Part shown: positions 54,399 through 64,000 of the stretch, in pieces | Position numbering within the stretch: position 1 is the first letter of the stretch | How the letters are laid out: each line of letters starts with the position of its first letter | Source of the DNA: Adineta vaga | Taxonomy: Eukaryota; Animalia; Rotifera | Length of the DNA: 64,000 bases | Direction of reading: 5' to 3' | Assembly (NCBI GenBank): GCA_021613535.1 | Contig: CP075495.1 | Span: forward strand, 12,772,001 to 12,836,000 | Notes under the pieces: model-generated | The model's input: only the letters and a program-made list of their open reading frames with translations | What the model was told of the DNA's origin: nothing | The model's database searches: none | Program-made: the position numbers and the translations under genes

Positions 54399-55091
54399 AT
54401 TTATTAAATAAATTAAAACAAAACTAATTTCATCTGTATATGTACCTTTCATATTTGTTTATTTCAATGTATGTATGTTATTGATATTTGTCTTTACAAG
54501 AAAAAAAAACAGGAGATGAATTCATGATGAGAAACAGAAAAAAAAAGAAAGAAAGAGTTTTTTCATACGAAATTTTTCTTTTAGATAAAATCTATCAAAA
54601 TAGAGTTCGATTTCGAATTTCGTCTTACTTGTTATTTAATTTCTTGGTTATTATTTTCTTTTATTCTAATTATTCTTGTTTGGTATCGGTACGGTCATAG
54701 TATTAGTCAACAATTATCGAAAACAAGTAAGTCATTTTAATCGAATGGTTTAAGCTAGATGAGAACGAATGTTCTTGGGATCGAGATCGTGTTTCTGCAT
54801 TATTTTCATAATGAATTATGTAGAGTCGTATTTCTCGAAAAATTAAACCTATCGGATACCATTTCGAAATAACCGTCATCAATGATAATTTCGAAAATTT
54901 GACCCGAAACAATATTGAGAAAACAAAATTTTAATTAATTCAACATCTTCTCTTTTCTAGTCTCAAATAGTGAATTACACGGTCGATCACGATCGCATAA
55001 TTCATTGAATACATTAACAACTAATTCCATCGGTACCACCGCCGGTGTTCCTTCAAAGAAACTTGATTAAATAATGTACTGATTTTTCCAA

Positions 55092-57113
<2,022 letters not shown>

Positions 57114-57496
57114 AGAAATCATACTTTCTTCTTTTCTTTTTGTATATGAATTCTATCTTGTTTTTTGTCTATGTCTGTATGTATGTTGTCTTGTACATAA
57201 ATATGACATGATCAACCAGTCAGCCACACATCGACGATGTTATATTCTTCTCTCTTCTAGTTTATTGCACTATGGTTTTTCTCTTGAATGGTATGCGTCG
57301 TCAGTCTTTATATTAGATTCCCTATCTGTCGTACACTTCTTTTTTTCTTGTTTGTTTCTTTGTTTGTTTGTTTTAGAAATTGCATACACATTCATTGTTC
57401 TCAATAAAAAAATGATGAGAAAGATCGAACAAATGAAACATTGTCTGAAGAATAAAACTATACACATGTATGATATTTTGTCTTCTAGTTCTAGAT

Positions 57497-59106
57497 ATGT
57501 CGAATATTAAGAAATTCTTTTCGAAAATGAAAAGTGAAGTGAAATTTGCTAGAGCAGGTGATGGACATCGACTAAATGATCCGATACCGGCATCCACTCA
57601 ACGCAATACGACAGCACAAGCATGTCCACAAAGAAATTCACAACAAAATTCTGATCGTAGTGCAGCTGCTCGTGCTGCTGCAGAAGCTGCACAACAACGT
57701 TTTCAACATCAAACATCAACGCAACAGACCTCAAGTATGTCTATAAATCTCTAATGACAAGTTCTTGCTGAATTTTAATTCTCAATAATATCATATAAAA
57801 CTGTTAATGATTTGAATCAGGGAGAAGAAAAAACCATTTTGAAATCTTTTAGCTAGTCGTACAGCAGACAGTGTTCGTCGTCAAGCTCAACGTGAACTTG
57901 AACAAGAAAAAGCACTTGAAAATCAATTTCAACAAGCTTTAGAATTAAAAGAACATTATTTTGGCAATCGACAAGTATGTTTCTATTTCATTTCTTATTT
58001 TTCTACATATTGCTATTTACCTACAGATTAGTATTGAAAGTTCTCCTGTAGTTGATCATTCCAATTTTCTCTTTAAATGTCCAGATGTATTTGGTGAAGA
58101 AGTTAGTTTACCTTATAATGAATTACAACAACAAATAGAAGAAACTCTTCGATTACAACTTGATTCTGAACCTCTTGTTGCTGCTACACTTCTTTTCTTA
58201 ACAACTAATCAAAAAGAACAAGAAAAATTAAATACTGGCAAAGAAATCATCTGTAAATATTTCGATAATATAATTGCGAATCCTGATGAAGATAAATATC
58301 GTCGAATTCGATTACAAAATAAAGTTTATCTTGAAGTAACTGAACATTCTTTTTTACAAATTTTTCGATCAAATAATTCATGACTATTCGTTTAGAAAGT
58401 TGCACCATTAAAATATGCACTCGAATTTTTACAAGCTAGTGGTTTTTTCATATCTGATGATCAGGAATCAATTGTCTATCAAGATGGTTCCATTGAACCT
58501 TTACAATTAGCACAAGATACATTAATGAATGGTGAACCAATTCAAGTACAACTCGATCGAAATTTAAAACTTTTTCAACCAACAAAAGATCGACCATCGA
58601 TTCCGCCTGTTCAACTTTTCCCACAAGATCCATTATTTTATCAATCAACAGTTGGAGATGTTTTACGTGAAAAACAACGACAGAAAGATCTTGTTGAAAA
58701 AGAAGAAATGCTTCGAACCAAAGCAATGCGTGAACGTGATCAAAAATCGGAATCAAATGCTCAATATAAATATACAGTTCTTCGTATTCGAATGCCAAAT
58801 GAAATGATAATGCAAATGATTTTTCAAGCCAATGATTCTCTTTCATCATTGTTTGATTATTTACGTTCTTATTGTCTTGTACATGATTGGTTACCATTTT
58901 CATTACTATCCAATGCTGATCGACGAATTTATACTAGTCAAGATGAAAATGCTTTCACATTTAATCAATGTGGTCTTGTTCCAGCTGCTGTATTATCATT
59001 TCGATGGGATGAACAAGCTTTACGTGATGTACAAAAACAAACACCTAATTTTCCAGCTGATAATTTTATTAAACCCGAAATACTTGCAAATGCAAATCGA
59101 TTATGA
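57497..59106 (+). CDS. UBXN6: UBX domain protein 6 (VIM, PUB and UBX domains)
   Basis: IKKFFSKMKSEVKFARAGDGHRL, RAAAEAAQQR (VIM-like), KYFDNIIANPDEDKYRRIRLQNKVY (PUB), MLRTKAMRE and YKYTVLRIRMPNE (UBX). Confidence 0.93.
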
Positions 59107-59266
59107 ACTGTATAACTAAAATATATCTATTTATTTTTTGTAATATTTTATGTTTGGTTTGCTTAACATCAGTTTTTGTCTTATATTTTCGCTCGAAGTT
59201 TATGCTATATGTAACTGTATGTATGTATTTCAGAAACAGCTGATTGAAAAAATATAGTTGATAAAA

Positions 59267-61844
59267 ATGAAATCAGATGTATTAAAGTTATTCCGTGCGG
59301 CTATTGGTGCTGTTGATCCATATCTATGTGTTAAACATCATCTTGTTTTTAATGCTCATCGTACAAATGATGAAAAGAAAGAATTACATATTGAAGACAA
59401 TGATGTCATACTTGATCATAATCTTTATATTGCAGCCTTTGGAAAAGCTGCGCTAGGTACATTAAACATAGAATTCTTGAACAAAATAATATATTTCATT
59501 TTTCTCTAAGGCATGTGTCGAGCTGTAAATGAACTGTATCATGAGCATATTATTAAAGGTATTGCTAGTATTCCTGTAGGTACTATTGAACAAGCTAAAA
59601 GGAAAGATGTTCATTTATATAAGTATCTGTGTATTTGAATAAAGTTGTTTTTAGAGATGGAATTTATCCATCATGGAATTGTTCATTTGATGTTTATGAA
59701 GGTGCACAAAATAATTTACCTGATCATGCTGCAATGACGACTGCTCAACGTATTCAAACAATGATTTCAAAGACAATGAAAGCCGATGACATTTTATTAG
59801 TGCTCATTTCAGGTAAAGTGACGTACACAAAAGAAAAACATTCGTCAAGATAAGAATACTGATGATATTTCGTTTTTATCCTTAATTTGTGTACAGAAAA
59901 GATTTTATCGACCAAACATCGGTCCGGGATTTTCTGAATAGTCATCAAAACGTCGTTGCATGTGTTCATTGTTGGATAACAGTTCAGCCAAATAATTGTC
60001 ATCATTTGTTGATGGTGATCGACTTTCTTTGCGTCGAATTACTGAATGTTCAGGATATAAACTAAAAGGACGTTTACGTATGAATATGCCTAAATTTGAT
60101 CCACGAAACAGTGGAATAGCATTGCGTGCATGAGCATCAATACGACGTTTTTCTAAATTGAATTGTTGTTCATCTACGAATGAAGTTGAACCTGCTGCTT
60201 GTTCAGTGTACATAACAAAACATAGAAGTAATAAACCTACAGTACAAAAACAGAAAGAAAATCGTCTAAATATTAATTAAGGTTATGTACCGATAATGCC
60301 GACGAATTGCATGAGAGAAACCATGATGAGATTCTTTAAGAAATATGACTAGATAAGAGCGTTGAAAGTATATCTATTTATATATGTGAGTTCTATATTT
60401 TAGTTTTATTATATATGTGTATGCTCTATTGAATTTTATCTCTTTTCTCTTCTTGTCTCTCTTTCTTTCTTCTTAGCCTTTTTTTCTTCAACAAAACTTA
60501 TCATGCAAGACATGACATAAGCGACATTAATGAAGATTTAAGAAAATTACATTGCATGAGATCTCTATGTTAAGTTGTTTGGAATTAGTAATATTTTGTG
60601 GAGGTGTACGTGCATGTATGTAGAGCAAATCGAAATAGAATGCGTGATTGAAAACATACTCGATATCTCTTAATGTTTTGAAAAAATAAACAAATTCAAA
60701 ATTGATTTAGGTGGTGGCTCCGCATTACTACCATTACCTATTGATATACTTTCACTAGAAGAAAAATATCAGATCATAAAATTATTACAAAGTAAAGGAG
60801 CAAATATTCAAGAATTGAATACAGTTCGGCAATCGATGAGTCAATTGAAAAACGGCGAACTTGCTCGAATAGCGAAATCAACAACTGTAAATAATGAATG
60901 TATTCTTTTTCTGTTACTTTACTTATTACTTTTATTTTTAATCTTAATCTAGATTATTTCATTCATCCTTTCTGATGTCATCGGTGACCCATTAGAATTT
61001 ATTGCGTCCGCACCAACATTCTACAGTGGCAATAAAAGTCATCAAACACTAGAGATTTTTAAGAACTATAATCTACTAGATTCTATTCCTACACAATTTA
61101 TTCAAAATTTAAAAGAACATGAAAATCAAAATGATAAACAAATGTTGTGAGTAGATCGTTTAAGTTGAATAAACATTCGAATGAAATATGACATCTTTTA
61201 TAAGATTTTCAACGAAACAAATTCATAATATTATCGTAGGTAGTAATCGTATTGCACTGGAAGCAGCTGCTCATTTATGTAAACAATCTAACATCTGCAT
61301 TCCATTCATAATGACCACTTGTTTACAAGGTGAAGCACGCGAAATAGGACGTCATCTGATTGAACTTATCACAACAGAACCATCGGAATTAATTTATACT
61401 AATGATATTGCTTGTTTCTTTACTGATAAATCTACATTTGAAAGATATCAAGTGTTCGTTAAAGAAAACAAACGTTATTGTTTATTATTAGGTGGTGAAA
61501 CGACAGTAGTCTTGAAAGATAATCCAGGAAAAGGTGGTCGATGTCAAGAACTTGCACTATCCGCTGCATTAACTATCGATAATCAAAATAAGAATATTTC
61601 AGTACTTTTATTAGCAGCTGGTACTGATGGTATCGATGGACCAACAGATGCTGCTGGTGCTTTTGCATTTACCGGTATGATTACTGATCAAAATGATATT
61701 CAACGAGCTCGTAATGCACTTGATAAACATGATGCATATACATATTTAAATGAAACAAACAATGGAGAAAATCTTTTTAAAATTGGACATACAAACACAA
61801 ATGTAATGGATATTATTCTAGTGCTTGTTGATAGAAAAGAATAA
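59267..61844 (+). CDS. GLYCTK: Glycerate kinase (MOFRL family)
   Basis: AFGKAALGM, EGAQNNLPD, LVLISGGGSALL, GANIQELNTVR, SDVIGDPLEFIASAPT, GGETTV..GKGGRCQELAL, AAGTDGIDGPTDAAGA and TNVMD. One enlarged intron at about 59813-60710. Confidence 0.95.
59905..60324 (-). CDS. Nested neuropeptide precursor (121 aa) with sulfakinin/CCK-like amidated C-terminal peptide
   Basis: Exons 60324-60291 and 60236-59905 with a 54-nt GT-AG intron. Signal peptide MVSLMQFVGIIGLLLLCFVMYTEQAAG. Basic sites KRR, RKR, RRK and RR. Ends RR-FDDYSENPGPMF-G-R-stop. Confidence 0.85.
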
Positions 61845-62198
61845 CGATTATCTTTTCAAATAAATTGCTACAGTTTCAAATTTATCTCCTGTATTATCAG
61901 TTATGACAGATTAATGCACTCAAGACTTTTGCTAACTCTTAACATCTGTTCGCGTTTTTTGTTCTTTCATTATGAATATTATTAGTTTTATTTTAATTAT
62001 TTCCTTTTCTCTATCTATTGTTTCTTTTTGACTTCTTCTGAGTAGAGAACGTGATATATCATCCTGTCAAATATACTCTATTACTTCCCTGATTAGTAAT
62101 AATGTCATGAGAAAAGAATACTTGAAAAAAACTAAAAATCAATCGAAAAAAGCGCAAATTTGTGTATAAAATCTATCTTAAATGTTTCATCATTTCGT

Positions 62199-62660
62199 AT
62201 GTTCAATGCATCTAATCCAACATCTCGTGATAATTCGTTTGTTCAATCATCAACCTCAGTATCAATCGAATATTTCGATGATCAAGATCTCTCCGCATTA
62301 CAATTTTGGATGCTCATAGGTACTTCTGACATCTTCTTTCAACGTTTTCATTTCAGTTGAACCTAATAGGAATTTTCGTATCTTTCTTAATTCTTATATT
62401 AATTGTTCTAAGTATAATTATATATTATGAATTATTTATTGAAAATAAAAATGAATTAACCGAAGAACATGCAACACGATTGAGAGATTTCAAAGTAAAA
62501 TAATATCCTATTGAAATAATATAACTTTGCTTGTCTTGATTTTCTAAAGGAAATGACTGGTCTTGAAATTGAATTAGAAGATATTCGATCCATTTTAATG
62601 AATGAATTTATTTTAGAAGCATGGAAACGTGAAAAACATAGACAAGAAAGACATATTTAA
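62199..62660 (+). CDS. Small (118 aa) single-pass membrane protein of unknown family
   Basis: Exons 62199-62319, 62370-62494 and 62550-62660 join in frame via GT-AG introns. N-terminal NAS sequon, TM FWMLIGIFVSFLILILIVLSIIIYY, charged helical tail. Confidence 0.75.
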
Positions 62661-62715
62661 ATAATAACCGGAATAAGATATTCACTCAGTGGCTGGGTGT
62701 TTCTTTTGTTGTCTA

Positions 62716-63369
62716 CTACCAAGACAAATATATAAACATAGAATATAAGATCAAGAAAACAAATGAACAAGATAATTTTGTACTCATCGATGACAGCCAT
62801 TGATTATTGGTTTGATTCGATAGTTGTTTTTGTAATTTCATACTACGATATTGATAATTGTCATTTTTTGAATAACGTCGATAATATTTTTGTACATCGA
62901 TAATTAATCGAAAATTTTTTGTACGACATAAACCATCGAATTTTTGATTAATACCTGTTTGTTGTCCATTTGATGTTGAAATAAAATAATACGAATGTCC
63001 ATCGAGAAATTCCGGCATATTTGGATATGGTAAATATTTTGAAATCGATAATGTATATATCATACGTTTCGAACTATGAGGTTGATCACAACGAATCAAT
63101 GGTTGATATTTTTCTGTAAAACATAAATTATAATCGATTTCTGAAACTAAATATAATGTATTATATTCAACGGATGATGAAGGATGATTTGAATGTGGAC
63201 AAAGAAAATCAATTGTATCACCAAGACGAACATTAAATACCGATGATTTAGATTGAAAGAATGTATTTGAAGAATTCCATTCAATTTGATAGTTTTGTCG
63301 ACGACGAATTTGACAAGATGATAGATGAACAATATTTAAGATGAAATAAATAACGATTAAATATAACAT
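62716..63369 (-). CDS. Ephrin (cupredoxin fold, probably GPI-anchored)
   Basis: Signal peptide, IEWNSSNTFF, VRLGDTIDFLCP, LYLVSEIDYNLC, EFLDGHSYYFISTSNG, GLCRTKNFRL and a hydrophobic C-terminus. Confidence 0.92.
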   Translation of the reverse strand: MLYLIVIYFILNIVHLSSCQIRRRQNYQIEWNSSNTFFQSKSSVFNVRLGDTIDFLCPHSNHPSSSVEYNTLYLVSEIDYNLCFTEKYQPLIRCDQPHSSKRMIYTLSISKYLPYPNMPEFLDGHSYYFISTSNGQQTGINQKFDGLCRTKNFRLIIDVQKYYRRYSKNDNYQYRSMKLQKQLSNQTNNQWLSSMSTKLSCSFVFLILYSMFIYLSW

Positions 63370-64000
63370 AATTTCTATAGAATAATTGTGAACTTCAGAA
63401 AAATAAGATGAATTTTTTTCTGAAATAATCCGATGTTCAATTCTATTTATCTATATATAGAGACGATGTGCTGAGATTACATAATCAATGACAAGCTGTG
63501 AGATTGTGACAAACATCATGTGCGTGTCTAATTTTTCTTTTTCGTATTGAACATTCCAAATTCTCTCTCTCGTTCTCTTTCTCTCTGTCTGATGACAAGC
63601 TATACATTCGAAGGTGATTTGTTGTCAAACGATGTTCATTAGTCAAGATTATACCGCTTCGATAAAATCGTAAAGAAACAAGACAAGAAGAAGAAAAATT
63701 AGATTCACACTTTTCGTTCAAGCATCTCTGATGATGAATGATGACAAGAGGTGATTTATATTCACTGATGATGATTCAATCTATGTTTACAGTTGAGAAA
63801 ATAGATAATGCCTAAAGGTATTTTGTCTTCGTATCATTGTTATTGTTGTTATTATTATTATTCTTCTTTTTCGTGAAGATAAACGTAGTGGTATGGATCA
63901 ACAACATTCTTTAATTGATTTTATGTACAGTTTTGTTTATCTATGAGAAATTATATTCACAGTTAAGGTTCATTTGATTCATTCGGTGATGTGTCATTGA

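Overview
Very AT-rich, gene-dense animal DNA with many short (about 45-70 nt) GT-AG introns. Composition and gene style suggest a bdelloid rotifer or similar spiralian (inference only). Genes in order: 5' end of a cadherin (-), MyoD/MRF (-), cytochrome b561 (-), ZC3H15 (+), ZDHHC16-like (+), nanos (-), Alx homeobox (+), TMEM144 (+), FKBP4/5 (-), IFT140 (+), a tandem trio of coiled-coil + UBZ1-type zinc-finger genes (-, middle copy decayed), a head-to-head LRR-Roc-COR gene (+), a RAD6/UBE2A-like E2 (-), a two-Tudor protein (+), an intronless DUF1868-like 2H phosphoesterase (+), a His-rich CREC protein (-), a decayed hAT-like element, REEP5 (+), LUC7L/L2 (+), YY1 (+), UBXN6 (+), GLYCTK (+), a small spliced membrane-protein gene (+) and an ephrin (-). 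Most notable: (1) a spliced neuropeptide precursor nested antisense in a GLYCTK intron, ending in a sulfakinin-like FDDYSENPGPMF-amide; (2) the UBZ-adaptor trio paired with a ROCO gene whose G3 motif is degenerate; (3) candidate poison exons and five extra 5' splice sites in LUC7 intron 1; (4) a probably horizontally acquired 2H phosphoesterase. Several 1-2 nt frameshifts in otherwise intact genes are most likely assembly errors. All calls come from manual translation and motif recognition; no database searches were run.
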